Of a stretch of 64,000 nucleotides of DNA, positions 1-9,744 are shown in pieces (the stretch's first letter is position 1; each line of letters begins with the position of its first letter). The notes under the pieces are model-generated. The model was not told the origin of the DNA and searched no databases. It saw nothing but the letters and a program-made list of their open reading frames with translations. The translations under genes were made by a program, and so were the position numbers. This stretch comes from Candidatus Poribacteria bacterium (GTDB lineage Bacteria; Poribacteria; WGA-4E; WGA-3G), in assembly GCA_963665235.2 (NCBI GenBank), contig CAXXLX010000001.1:704001-768000 (forward strand). Direction: 5' to 3'.

Positions 1-109
1 CTTTCGAATTCTTCTCCAGAAGTGTGACTTGCATGCCTTTCGCTTGCAGTCGAATTGCTGCTGCGAGTCCGCCAAAACCTGAACCGATGATGACAATTTT
101 CTTTTTCAT
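1..109 (-). CDS. crtI: Phytoene desaturase (CrtI family), 5' end only; runs off the window
   Basis: Manual translation from the ATG at 109 gives [34 protein letters not shown] (GxGxxG FAD fold typical of CrtI); lies directly downstream of another crtI-family gene. Confidence 0.8.
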   Translation of the reverse strand, partial: MKKKIVIIGSGFGGLAAAIRLQAKGMQVTLLEKNSK

Positions 110-120
110 ATCTCTTCCCT

Positions 121-1611
121 TTAAATCTTCGATGCATAATCTTCCGCGATCAAAGTTGCCGCCATTTTTCCAGACAATATCACCAATGGAATCCCGCCGC
201 CGGGGTGCACCGAACCCCCTGCGAAGTAAAGTCCTTTCAGGACACGACTTCGATTGGGTAGCCGTTTGAATGCAGTGGTTCTGCTATTCGACGATACGCC
301 GTAGATGCTCCCTTGATTGCTGGCATAAAGTTCAGAGAAATCCTCCGGTGTATAGCTCTGCTCCACCTCAATCTGATTGGCGATATCGAAACCGAGCTGC
401 TTTAATCTATCCAAAACAACCGTTCGCATCCGAACCTTCTCCTTTTCCCACATCTGTCCGGGTGCCAAATACGGCATGTTTAACAACACGAACCAATTCT
501 CGGCATCAACCGGTGCGTGTTCCGTATCTGTTTTACTGGTTATAGCGATATAGATAGTCGGCTCATCTGGTACTCGCTGCTGTTTAAAAATCTGCTGAAA
601 TTCCGCATCGTAGTCACTGGAGAAGATAATATTGTGATGTGCCAATGCTGGATACTTCCCCTTAATCCCCCAAAGGAATACCATTCCCGACAACGACGGT
701 TCCAACCGATTTAGTTTCTCGGATTGATGTTGGTGCCCATCAATCAATTCATCATGCGCTATGACTGCGTCAGCCCCACACAAGACATAATCCGTTTCAA
801 GTTTTTCACCGTTAACTTGTACACCACTGATTCGCTTACCATCGTGGCAAATTTTCTCAACCCGTGCCGATGTCCGAATCTGAATCCCTAACCTACATGC
901 CACTGCTTCCAATGCCTCAATCAAACGATATATGCCGCCTTTGATATAGTATCCTCCCAACCCATACTCAATATAGGGAATTATATTAAGGGTTGCCGGT
1001 GCCTGAAACGGATCTGAACCGTTGTAGGTCGCGTAGCGGTCAAACAGCTGAACGAGGCGCGCATCCGAGAAAAAACGGGACACACTTTGATGCACGGTCC
1101 GAAACGGATCGATTTGATGAAGCCTAAACAGTGTCCGAAAATACCGAGGTCGCATGAGTTTCCCGAATTCATGAATCGGTGTAAACATAAAGATTTCCGC
1201 TGTTAGGTCGTGAATACGTTCGGCATACTTCAAGAATCGTGTGTATGCTTCCACATCATCAGGCGATAATGTCTCAATCGCAGATTTCATCTTTGCGTTG
1301 TCGGCACTGGCATCCATCATGGAACCATCCGAAAAAAAGTATCGGCATATCGGGTCAATTGGCACAAAATCGAGATAATCTGACCGCTTAAAACCAGCAA
1401 AATCGAACAGTTCATCAATCACAAAAGGCATCGTTAGCAGAGATGCCCCTGTATCAAATCGGTAGTCCTCCAAAATTACTTCGTTGACCTTCCCACCAAT
1501 TTTCGGATTTTTCTCAAATAATTGGACAGAGAAGCCTAACCGCGCGAGCCGAATCGCGCCGCTTAATGCCCCAAGTCCACCCCCGATAATTGCCACTTCT
1601 TTATTTTCCAT
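121..1611 (-). CDS. Phytoene/carotenoid desaturase family protein (CrtI/CrtD-like)
   Basis: N-terminal IIGGGLGAL...FDTGASL and C-terminal [22 protein letters not shown] motifs; carotenoid gene context. Confidence 0.9.
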   Translation of the reverse strand: MENKEVAIIGGGLGALSGAIRLARLGFSVQLFEKNPKIGGKVNEVILEDYRFDTGASLLTMPFVIDELFDFAGFKRSDYLDFVPIDPICRYFFSDGSMMDASADNAKMKSAIETLSPDDVEAYTRFLKYAERIHDLTAEIFMFTPIHEFGKLMRPRYFRTLFRLHQIDPFRTVHQSVSRFFSDARLVQLFDRYATYNGSDPFQAPATLNIIPYIEYGLGGYYIKGGIYRLIEALEAVACRLGIQIRTSARVEKICHDGKRISGVQVNGEKLETDYVLCGADAVIAHDELIDGHQHQSEKLNRLEPSLSGMVFLWGIKGKYPALAHHNIIFSSDYDAEFQQIFKQQRVPDEPTIYIAITSKTDTEHAPVDAENWFVLLNMPYLAPGQMWEKEKVRMRTVVLDRLKQLGFDIANQIEVEQSYTPEDFSELYASNQGSIYGVSSNSRTTAFKRLPNRSRVLKGLYFAGGSVHPGGGIPLVILSGKMAATLIAEDYASKI

Positions 1612-2284
1612 GCCAAGCTGCCTTCAATTTTTCGTAAAGCATAGCGTTAAAAAGCATTAGCGTAAAGCCATACCCGAAATCCTCAATAGGGATTGTCAGA
1701 ATTCGGTAGCCGCTCTGATACGCCTCACCATACAGAACAACCGGTCGCGCCGTGAGGTAACCGTTGAACACCAAAATCAAACCGGACACAATTCCGAGAT
1801 AGAGATAGGTCTTCGGTTGTAGAAGCAGATTAAGGTTCAATAACATATCTGCCAACCCGACGAGTCCAAAACAAATTAGGACCAGTCCCGTATATTGCTT
1901 ACCTGTCCTAAAAATCCATACACCGAGCGGTAGTGCAGCATATAAAACCGGTCTGATGTACCGAAGGAATTTCAACTGGACTAACCAACTATCGGCCTGC
2001 GGTAGCGTCTCCCATACCAACAAACATCCAAATGGAACGGTAAGAAAAAAGAGCCACTCCCCGATTGGCAAACCTAACACTCGAAAATCGACCGTATACG
2101 CCTCGTTGAACCACCAATGCGAACCAGCCACAATGGCATCCCATATAATATACGGAATCATGACAATTCCAATCACGAGCAGTTTCAATCGCCAGTGTGA
2201 AACGTGTCTAATCTGACGACTGAATTGGGATACAACAGGACCGACAATAATAACAAGATTAAACAGAAGATATTCAAATTTCAT
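1601..2284 (-). CDS. Membrane lycopene cyclase domain protein (fused CrtYc/Yd type)
   Basis: Hydrophobic; two copies of the PI(G/E)(E/D) cyclase motif (LPIGEWLFF, IPIEDFGYGF); overlaps the desaturase start. Confidence 0.85.
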   Translation of the reverse strand: MKFEYLLFNLVIIVGPVVSQFSRQIRHVSHWRLKLLVIGIVMIPYIIWDAIVAGSHWWFNEAYTVDFRVLGLPIGEWLFFLTVPFGCLLVWETLPQADSWLVQLKFLRYIRPVLYAALPLGVWIFRTGKQYTGLVLICFGLVGLADMLLNLNLLLQPKTYLYLGIVSGLILVFNGYLTARPVVLYGEAYQSGYRILTIPIEDFGYGFTLMLFNAMLYEKLKAAWHGK

Positions 2285-2877
2285 TTCTGTCCGCCTGAAC
2301 GTTCAGATTCCAATTTGTCTTTAAGTGTCCGGAGATGGACTTTCTCAGCATCTGTTAGTTTCGCCTTCTCAAGCAAGAACGTAATGATATGTACAACTAA
2401 TTCGGGGGGATATGTATGCATCTGTGAAGGCATCAGTTTGATAATTTTCTTGAAATCGCCTTGGGCATCGTCACCACGGCGGAAAAAGAACGGAAGATGG
2501 TAACAGACTGCCCCGTGAATGAAAATCGCCTCAATGTCTTCTGGCATTTTCTTTAAACCCTTATCCATGATTGCTAAACCGCGCTTTGTCCACTTAAGTT
2601 TGGTATGCGGAAAAAACGCGTGCTTCCCTTTGAGAGTAAAAAGAGCCCCCGTGTAGACCGCTGCGCGGTCAGCGTGCTTCGGTTCCTCTTTTGCAATCTG
2701 TTCAAAAAGTTTGAGTGCCGGTTCAATTTGCTTTTTGTCTTCGAGGGAGGCATGAAATTTTTCTCGTGCACGTTTCAGCAATTCCTCCACCGATTCATCC
2801 GCAGCGATACCGATGAAACACAAGAAAAAAAGTAGGACCCATATCAAGTTTAAATGGATAAATTTATTAAGTTTCAT
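2281..2877 (-). CDS. Secreted helical/TPR-like hypothetical protein in the carotenoid operon
   Basis: Signal-peptide-like N-terminus from the Met at 2877; overlaps both neighbours. Confidence 0.6.
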   Translation of the reverse strand: MKLNKFIHLNLIWVLLFFLCFIGIAADESVEELLKRAREKFHASLEDKKQIEPALKLFEQIAKEEPKHADRAAVYTGALFTLKGKHAFFPHTKLKWTKRGLAIMDKGLKKMPEDIEAIFIHGAVCYHLPFFFRRGDDAQGDFKKIIKLMPSQMHTYPPELVVHIITFLLEKAKLTDAEKVHLRTLKDKLESERSGGQK

Positions 2878-3406
2878 GGCAAAATTTGAGTGTTCGGGTT
2901 TGTGTAACAACACGCTCGAGCGTCAGTTTGAACCAGTAAGTATAATTTTTAGGGTTTTCTTGAACATCCTGTTTTAGCGCGTTTATATTCATCCACTTCC
3001 AATCATCAACTTCGTCCGGATTCGGCACAGGCTGGCCGTTATAGTGTCCAACAAAGACGTGGTCGAGTTCGTGCTCAAATAGGCTATTCTCGAGTTGGAC
3101 GTGATAAATAAAACTAAAAAGCCCGGTCAATTCACAATCGAAACCCATCTCCTCATTGAGTCGTCGTCTTGCTGCGCGATAATAGCTTTCGCCGGGCCGT
3201 GGATGACTACAGCAGGTATTCGTCCACAGTCCACCGGAGTGGTATTTTGTCGATGCCCGTTTCTGAAGCAATAATTCACCTACGGCGTTAAAGACAAAAA
3301 TGGAAAATGCACTGTGTAATTTACCCTCACGATGTGCTTGCAGCTTTTCTTGGGTGCCGATTTCTCTGCCCCTGCGATCGACGAGTATTACATGCTCTTG
3401 TAGCAT
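2867..3406 (-). CDS. idi: Isopentenyl-diphosphate delta-isomerase, type 1
   Basis: LHSAFSIFVF, WTNTCCSHP, EHELDHVF motifs; probable start MLQEH at 3406. Confidence 0.95.
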   Translation of the reverse strand: MLQEHVILVDRRGREIGTQEKLQAHREGKLHSAFSIFVFNAVGELLLQKRASTKYHSGGLWTNTCCSHPRPGESYYRAARRRLNEEMGFDCELTGLFSFIYHVQLENSLFEHELDHVFVGHYNGQPVPNPDEVDDWKWMNINALKQDVQENPKNYTYWFKLTLERVVTQTRTLKFCHET

Positions 3407-3467
3407 TGATATTTGTTTCCTTCGATAATCTTTCAAGTTAAATTAAGGCGTAAATCTCTACGTACAT

Positions 3468-3498
3468 TATTATTACATATTTGTCTATATTTTGTCAA
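3468..3498 (-). promoter_or_regulatory. Putative crt operon promoter with a CarH-type operator
   Basis: Minus strand reads TTGACA-AAATA-TAGACA: two TnnACA motifs 11 bp apart covering the -35, followed by an AT-rich -10. Confidence 0.55.
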
Positions 3499-3578
3499 GA
3501 AATAATTTAGACAATTTTATCGTACATCAATTTTGTATAGAAATTATGTAGGGCAATAGGACAAAATTACGCAACTAA

Positions 3579-4060
3579 TACCATTTCTAATTGAAAATGT
3601 CTCTTTCTTGTAGCCTAAACTTCCAGTTTGTGCTTTGTAGTAGCCTAAACTTCCAGTTTGTGCTTTGTAGTAGCCTAAACTTCCAGTTTGTGCTTTGTAG
3701 TAGCCTAAACTTCCAGTTTGTGCTTTGTAGTAGCCTAAACTTCCAGTTTGTGCTTTGTAGTAGCCTAAACTTCCAGTTTGTGCTTTGTAGTAGCCTAAAC
3801 TTCCAGTTTGTGCTTTGTAGTAGCCTAAACTTCCAGTTTGTGCTTTGTAGTAGCCTAAACTTCCAGTTTGTGCTTTGTAGTAGCCTAAACTTCCAGTTTG
3901 TGCTTTGTAGTAGCCTAAACTTCCAGTTTGTGCTTTGTAGTAGCCTAAACTTCCAGTTTGTGCTTTGTTGTAGCCTAAACTTCCAGTTTGTGCGTTCTTG
4001 TAGCCTAAACTTCCAGTTTGTGCGTTCTTGTAGCCTAAACTTTTAGTTTGGGTCCTCCGT
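3579..4060 (+). repeat. MITE family A copy 1 (right end lost): 15 hairpin cores in 30-bp tandem units
   Basis: Leader TACCATTTCTAATTGAAAATGTCTCTTTCTTG; core TAGCCTAAACTTCCAGTTTG every 30 bp from 3611 to 4031; linker TGCTTTGTAG x11, then variants. Confidence 0.9.
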
Positions 4061-4084
4061 TAAAGGGAATTAATAAAATTTAGA

Positions 4085-4364
4085 TGGGTGTGTAAAGTTT
4101 TTGTACAAGTAGGACTTACGCATTCCCCTCCGCTCCTCTACTAGCGGGATATCGGTATTAGTCCCAGTATTCGGGCAAACAGCCCGCTCTTCAAGGACGA
4201 TATCTTTATAGAAGCACAAAACGCCCACCCCCTCTTAGTCCCAGTATTCGGGCAACCAGCCCGCTCCTCATACTAGGGGAAAACTTTTCAAACTCACGTT
4301 ATACGACACGCCGGGCGATGAATCGCCCTACTACAAACGGGTGTACAAAAACTTTACACACCCA
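4085..4364. mobile_element. MITE family D, 280 bp
   Basis: Perfect 23-bp TIR TGGGTGTGTAAAGTTTTTGTACA; ATTTAGA directly repeated on both sides (4078-4084, 4365-4371); no ORF. Confidence 0.8.
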
Positions 4365-4379
4365 ATTTAGACAAAATTA

Positions 4380-4408
4380 TTGACAGATAGCATATATAAT
4401 GTTATACT
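4380..4408 (+). promoter_or_regulatory. Sigma70-type promoter of the carH/litR gene
   Basis: TTGACA (4380) - 17 bp - TATACT (4403); a second TAGACA lies just upstream. Confidence 0.6.
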
Positions 4409-4448
4409 TGTAAAATAACAAGCGGAAAAACGAAAAAGGAAAAGGCTG

Positions 4449-5399
4449 ATGACAGCTCAACATAAACACGGTATTAAAACTGTCGCTGTTCGGACAGGAT
4501 TAACACAACTTATCATTCGGACATGGGAAAAGCGATACAACGTGGTCACACCGATGCGAACCGAAACGAATCGCAGACTCTATTCCGATGCGGATATATC
4601 ACGACTCACATTGCTTCGTCTAGCGACTGAGACAGGACATAGTATTGGACGAATAGCAAACCTATCGACTGAAGAGCTTCTGAAACTCATTGGAACAGAT
4701 GGGACGGTTATGCAGGCCGCTGCAATTGCTAAAGAGGATGTCTCACAGGAAACATCCCTTCATTTTTACATCGCTTCGTGCATCGCAGCGGTTAAGAGAT
4801 TTGAAATGCAAGTGCTTGAATCAACACTCTTCGCTGCATCAGTTGCATTTAGCCAACCCGTTTTCCTTGAAAAGTTGATTGCCCCGCTAATGCGGGAAAT
4901 TGGTGAACAGTGGAGAGCAGGCACTTTACGCATTGCACATGAACATCTTGCCACCGCAGTTGTCCGGACGCTGTTGGGCAGCATCTCTCAGGGAGCTGAT
5001 GTCCCTGCTGCAACGCCAAATTTAGTGATAGCGACACCGCGGGGCCAACACCACGAAATTGGGGCGTTAATTGCTGGAAAGACTGCAGCGGCACAGGGGT
5101 GGCAAGTTACCTACCTCGGTACCGACCTACCCGCTGAAGAGATTGTAGGGTGTGCAGCGCAAAATGGGGCAAAGGCAATCGGGTTGAGTATCATCTACCC
5201 GACAGATGACCCACATATCGCAAATGAATTACGGAAAATTCGACGCGGAATTCAAAAAGATGTTGTTCTATTTGTCGGAGGGGCGGGGGCAATCGCTTAC
5301 GAGTCTGTCATTAGTGCTATCGGTGCAGTGAGAATCAATGATATGCCGACTTTTTGCACCGAACTTGAAAATCTGCGTGCTCAGCTTATTTTAACCTAA
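4449..5399 (+). CDS. MerR-family cobalamin-binding light-responsive regulator (CarH/LitR-like)
   Basis: MerR HTH (IRTWEKRY...RRLYS), W-x9-EH motif (WRAGTLRIAHEH), B12-binding HHEIG; divergent from the crt genes. Confidence 0.88.
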   Translation: MTAQHKHGIKTVAVRTGLTQLIIRTWEKRYNVVTPMRTETNRRLYSDADISRLTLLRLATETGHSIGRIANLSTEELLKLIGTDGTVMQAAAIAKEDVSQETSLHFYIASCIAAVKRFEMQVLESTLFAASVAFSQPVFLEKLIAPLMREIGEQWRAGTLRIAHEHLATAVVRTLLGSISQGADVPAATPNLVIATPRGQHHEIGALIAGKTAAAQGWQVTYLGTDLPAEEIVGCAAQNGAKAIGLSIIYPTDDPHIANELRKIRRGIQKDVVLFVGGAGAIAYESVISAIGAVRINDMPTFCTELENLRAQLILT

Positions 5400-5545
5400 G
5401 TTGCCACATAGTAGCATAATCTTCCAGATTGTGCATATTTGTGTGCGAATTGGAAGGGAACGGGACAAATATTAGCTAATTATCAGCATATTTTCATTAA
5501 AGACGGTGTTTCCAGGTCTAAAAACTTATAAGTAGCAACTTGCGT
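5394..5545 (+). mobile_element. MITE family B copy 1 (single hairpin unit)
   Basis: TIR ACCTAAGTTGC...GCAACTTGCGT; 7-bp TSD TATTTTA on both sides. Confidence 0.85.
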
Positions 5546-6882
5546 TATTTTACAATAATCCGCTTAACCTGTCCATTGAGCCCCCCCACAGCAAGACTCC
5601 CATCGGTAGGATGGACAATCAAAGCATAAATCCAGCCATCAAGCGCGTCAATCTCATCTATAACCGCTACCGTATCCGGTTCGATGATACGGATACGCCC
5701 ATCAACACAGGTTGCAACGATTTTTGAACCCTCGTTTAACCAAGCAACGTTCAACGTCGCTGCGTCCAGTCTAGCGAACTTGACCATGCGGCCGATAGTT
5801 GGCTGCCAGAGCCGAACTGTCCGGTCATCGCTAGCGGAGGCAATCAGAGGCATCCCTGTATTGCCAGGACGCAGTGCCAGAGCATGCACAGGCATCGTAT
5901 GATTGTTCAGGCTTCTAAGCAGCTCACCAGTTGTCACGTTCCAGACGCGAACATTCCGATCGACTCCTGTACTCACGAGCGTTTCGGCATCTTGCAGGAA
6001 ACAGAGGGACGACACGCCGCGTGAATGCCCTTTCAGGTCTTGAGTCGGGGTACCGGTGCGTAGGTCCCAAAGAATGATGCGTCTGTCCAAACTTGCGGAT
6101 GCAAGTGATACCGTATTCCGCCAAGCCACCGCCATGACAGAATCGCGATGTCCCCGCAGTACACGGAGCGATTTTCCTTCCGGCCATGAAAAAATCTCTA
6201 CAGTGCCTTCAGTTGCTGGATTGCCACCACCAACCGCCACCCGGTCACCACTCGGTGAAAACGCTAGATGATGAACGTTACGCGCTTTTACCTTGATAAT
6301 TCGCTGTAGATTGAGCGTTGGCCAGTCGTAAACGTGCAATCCCGCCTGCGAAGATGCCACAACAGATTTGCCATCAGGAGAAAACGCGAGAGACGTAATC
6401 GGCGGCATAGTAGGAGGTAGGCTCTGCTGGGTCTTCCTAGCCTGCTTTTCAACAAGACTGCCCTGAATTCCCTTCCAATTCCCGTAGTCTGCTCCCGCTT
6501 CAATCCATTTTCGGATGAGGTCGGTTTGCGCTTTCGCTAAAGGCGCGCCTTCCTCTGATGGGGGCATGATACCGGTCTCACCTTCCGCTAAGGTAATACG
6601 CTGGTAAAGCAGGGAATCATCGGGCTCACTTGGGACAATAACCTCTCCGTGCAGGCTCTCCTCAATACCCTTTACGCTATCCAATTGGACACCGCCCTTC
6701 GGTTTCGTCATGGTGCCATTGGCATCCACCTTCGGCGCGCTATGACACCGGAAGCAGCTATTCTGGAGGATAGGCAAAACCTCTGTCTCAAAATCGATGT
6801 CGGTTTTGGAATCTGCTGAGATAACAGGCACAGCAAACATCAGGATAAATACAAAGCAAAATATACAATCTGCTAAATTCAT
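5545..6882 (-). CDS. Planctomycete-type cytochrome c domain + WD40 repeat protein
   Basis: DFETEVLPILQNSCFRCH (CxxCH)...IRKWIEAGA, followed by GH...WD repeats. Confidence 0.85.
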   Translation of the reverse strand: MNLADCIFCFVFILMFAVPVISADSKTDIDFETEVLPILQNSCFRCHSAPKVDANGTMTKPKGGVQLDSVKGIEESLHGEVIVPSEPDDSLLYQRITLAEGETGIMPPSEEGAPLAKAQTDLIRKWIEAGADYGNWKGIQGSLVEKQARKTQQSLPPTMPPITSLAFSPDGKSVVASSQAGLHVYDWPTLNLQRIIKVKARNVHHLAFSPSGDRVAVGGGNPATEGTVEIFSWPEGKSLRVLRGHRDSVMAVAWRNTVSLASASLDRRIILWDLRTGTPTQDLKGHSRGVSSLCFLQDAETLVSTGVDRNVRVWNVTTGELLRSLNNHTMPVHALALRPGNTGMPLIASASDDRTVRLWQPTIGRMVKFARLDAATLNVAWLNEGSKIVATCVDGRIRIIEPDTVAVIDEIDALDGWIYALIVHPTDGSLAVGGLNGQVKRIIVK

Positions 6883-6904
6883 CAGCCTTTTAATTTCCTT
6901 CTAA

Positions 6905-7560
6905 TACCATTTCTAATTGAAAATGTCTCTTTCTTGTAGCCTAAACTTCCAGTTTGTGCACTTTCTTGTAGCCTAAACTTCCAGTTTGTGCACTTTCTTG
7001 TAGCCTAAACTTCCAGTTTGTGCACTTTCTTGTAGCCTAAACTTCCAGTTTGTGCACTTTCTTGTAGCCTAAACTTCCAGTTTGTGCACTTTCTTGTAGC
7101 CTAAACTTCCAGTTTGTGCACTTTCTTGTAGCCTAAACTTCCAGTTTGTGCACTTTCTTGTAGCCTAAACTTCCAGTTTGTGCACTTTCTTGTAGCCTAA
7201 ACTTCCAGTTTGTGCACTTTCTTGTAGCCTAAACTTCCAGTTTGTGCACTTTCTTGTAGCCTAAACTTCCAGTTTGTGCACTTTCTTGTAGCCTAAACTT
7301 CCAGTTTGTGCACTTTCTTGTAGCCTAAACTTCCAGTTTGTGCACTTTCTTGTAGCCTAAACTTCCAGTTTGTGCACTTTCTTGTAGCCTAAACTTCCAG
7401 TTTGTGCACTTTCTTGTAGCCTAAACTTCCAGTTTGTGCACTTTCTTGTAGCCTAAACTTCCAGTTTGTGCACTTTCTTGTAGCCTAAACTTCCAGTTTG
7501 TGCCGTTCTTTGTTTCATTTCTAACAACCGGTAATGATAGAATAATTAATAAAAATGGTA
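6905..7560 (+). repeat. MITE family A copy 2: 18 cores in 32-bp tandem units
   Basis: Ends TACCATTT...AAATGGTA with TAA duplicated; unit TAGCCTAAACTTCCAGTTTGTGCACTTTCTTG, cores 6937-7481. Confidence 0.92.
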
Positions 7561-7563
7561 TAA

Positions 7564-9744
7564 CTAATTATTGTTCACAAATTCGTTGCAGGTTAGCAGA
7601 CTCCACACCATGTCCTCAAGGACCGGGCGTTGCGAATTGGCGGATAGGCTGTCGTCAATATGCTCTTTCCAAAACTGCTGTTCCGTATCCGTTGGATTTC
7701 GGCTGAGCGCTGCGAGATAGAACGCGTTCACAATCTCCATCGGTGATTTTCCGCTTGCTATCAATCTGTCAAGGCGACTCTCCGGAACACCGATGCGAGC
7801 GTTGAGCAGGTCACCGTTGAAGAGATGGAGTTTCCGCTGAAGGCCGCCGGTTGTACCGGTTGAATTTTCGCACGACGTTTCACGGTTGCATCTACCGAGG
7901 ATATCAAGTGCATCCGATTGAATATTCGGATTGGATAATGAGACAGCACGTGTGCCTATCGGTTCGTTGCCGTACACACTCGGTACACCGAGGACATCGG
8001 AAATTGCATCCGCTAGCACCTCCGGTTCAAGCGGTTTTCGGAGTGCATGCGAATAGAAACGTTCATCTGTCCTGTTTTGCGGGAGCGTATTTGCGCTGCG
8101 TGCATAGGTCTCGCTAAGTGCGATACGTCTGAGCATATTCCGTAGGTCGTAACCGTTCGCCACAAAATCGGCTGCAAGTTCCGTTAGTAATTCGGGGTGT
8201 GTAGCCGGATTAGTGGCACGGAAATCATCAACAGGTTCCACAAGGCCGCGTCCCATCATCGCTTTCCACAATCGGTTGACGATGGCTTTGGCGAAATAGG
8301 GGTTGTCTGCCCCTGTTAACCAGTCTACAAGTGCTATTCTGCCATCTGCAACATCGGCAGACAAAAATTGAGTCCCAGGAATTCGCGGTATCGCCTTTTC
8401 GCCAGTTGCTGGATGGATAACCTCACCTGACGGTTTTACCTTAACCACCTGTTCACCCTCTATTTTGGCAAAGATTGCGGCTAACCCGTGATAATCGTCC
8501 TGTGTCCATTTGTCAAGCGGGTGATTATGACAATTAGCGCATCGGAGCCGGGCCCCCATGAAAAGTTCACTCATGAATTCTGCCTGCTCACGTGGACCAT
8601 TGACGGTGCGGTAAAAATTCGCTGGCCCAATGTCGTGGGAATCCCCGGTTGCAAGAATAATAGAACGTGCCATTTCATCATATCCAACCCTGTCGCGTAC
8701 CTGTTCGGAAAGCCATTGGTGATAAACAGCCGCGCCTTGTGTATCGTTATTTTGGGGACGAATCCGTAGCAGTTTCGCCCACTGCAATGTCCAGTACGTG
8801 CTAAACGCATCCGACTGCAGCAAGACATCAACAACCTTTTCCCGTTTATCTCTATCTGTATCTGCAAGAAACGTAGTGACAGCCGCTGGGGTAGGAATTC
8901 GTCCTGTCAAATCGAGTGTCACCCTGCGTAGGAAGGTGGCATCATCAGCAGGCGGAGACACAGGTAAGCGTAACCTTGCAAGCAATTTAAGAATTTCCCC
9001 ATCTATGTTTTCTGTCCTTTTACGGGTATCCTGCGGTATGGGTGTGTCGTTCAAGGGGGCGATGAACTCAAGCGGGACAACCTCTGTAAGATAACGCGCG
9101 ATGATAATGTGTCGCCCGTGGCGATGCACTTTGGCAACGGCATTGACTGCGTCAATCTCAACAGCTGAAGTATCCTCTGGTGTGAAAACAGACCATCGCG
9201 TTACATCTGCTGCGGTCCCGTCTGCAAAATGAGCCGTTGCTCGGAGTTGAATAGGCGTGCCAAGATGCGTTATCACCTGTTTTTTCGGGGATATTTCGAT
9301 ACGTTCCAAACGGCGCAACGTTTCATAACGTGCCCCTTGCTGAATCCAGTTTCGGAGTAATTGCGCGCCTTCGCTATTCTCGTCTAGGACGTGCCCCCCG
9401 CCATGTCTGGTTTGGGCGGTCGGTTTTAGAACAATCAGGCTATCTTCCGGATACATCAGGTTGATGCGTCTTCCAGCAAGCTGCCGAACAATTGCTACAT
9501 AATCCGCTTGTGGATTACCGCCGAAGAGGGATAGTTTAAACTCGCCTCTCCCCGCGGCTGAACCGTGGCATGCCCCTGCATTACATCCAAACTTGGTAAA
9601 AATTGGTATCAAATCGTTTTCAAAGTCAACGCGGGCGATGTTTTGTTCCGATTCAGGATTGCTGTTTGCAAAGGTTGTATTTTCACACAAGAAAAGCGTG
9701 GCTACTAATGTTAATGCTATGAGAACTAGCTGATTTACTTTCAT
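7564..9744 (-). CDS. DUF1549/DUF1553 domain protein (planctomycete type)
   Basis: GCNAGACHG, FLRRVTLDLTGRIPT, CANCHNHP, NRLWKAMMGRGLVEPVDD motifs. Confidence 0.9.
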   Translation of the reverse strand: MKVNQLVLIALTLVATLFLCENTTFANSNPESEQNIARVDFENDLIPIFTKFGCNAGACHGSAAGRGEFKLSLFGGNPQADYVAIVRQLAGRRINLMYPEDSLIVLKPTAQTRHGGGHVLDENSEGAQLLRNWIQQGARYETLRRLERIEISPKKQVITHLGTPIQLRATAHFADGTAADVTRWSVFTPEDTSAVEIDAVNAVAKVHRHGRHIIIARYLTEVVPLEFIAPLNDTPIPQDTRKRTENIDGEILKLLARLRLPVSPPADDATFLRRVTLDLTGRIPTPAAVTTFLADTDRDKREKVVDVLLQSDAFSTYWTLQWAKLLRIRPQNNDTQGAAVYHQWLSEQVRDRVGYDEMARSIILATGDSHDIGPANFYRTVNGPREQAEFMSELFMGARLRCANCHNHPLDKWTQDDYHGLAAIFAKIEGEQVVKVKPSGEVIHPATGEKAIPRIPGTQFLSADVADGRIALVDWLTGADNPYFAKAIVNRLWKAMMGRGLVEPVDDFRATNPATHPELLTELAADFVANGYDLRNMLRRIALSETYARSANTLPQNRTDERFYSHALRKPLEPEVLADAISDVLGVPSVYGNEPIGTRAVSLSNPNIQSDALDILGRCNRETSCENSTGTTGGLQRKLHLFNGDLLNARIGVPESRLDRLIASGKSPMEIVNAFYLAALSRNPTDTEQQFWKEHIDDSLSANSQRPVLEDMVWSLLTCNEFVNNN

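Noticed and set aside
3591-4046. Repeat-peptide ORF (CSSLNFQFVL)n
   Set aside because: Open only because the unit is 30 bp; sister arrays with 31- and 32-bp units do not keep a frame
3611-7500. CRISPR arrays (leader + palindromic repeat + spacer appearance)
   Set aside because: Linkers are only 10-13 bp and identical within an array; arrays are bounded by TIRs and TSDs; no cas genes in the window. The same applies to the other arrays
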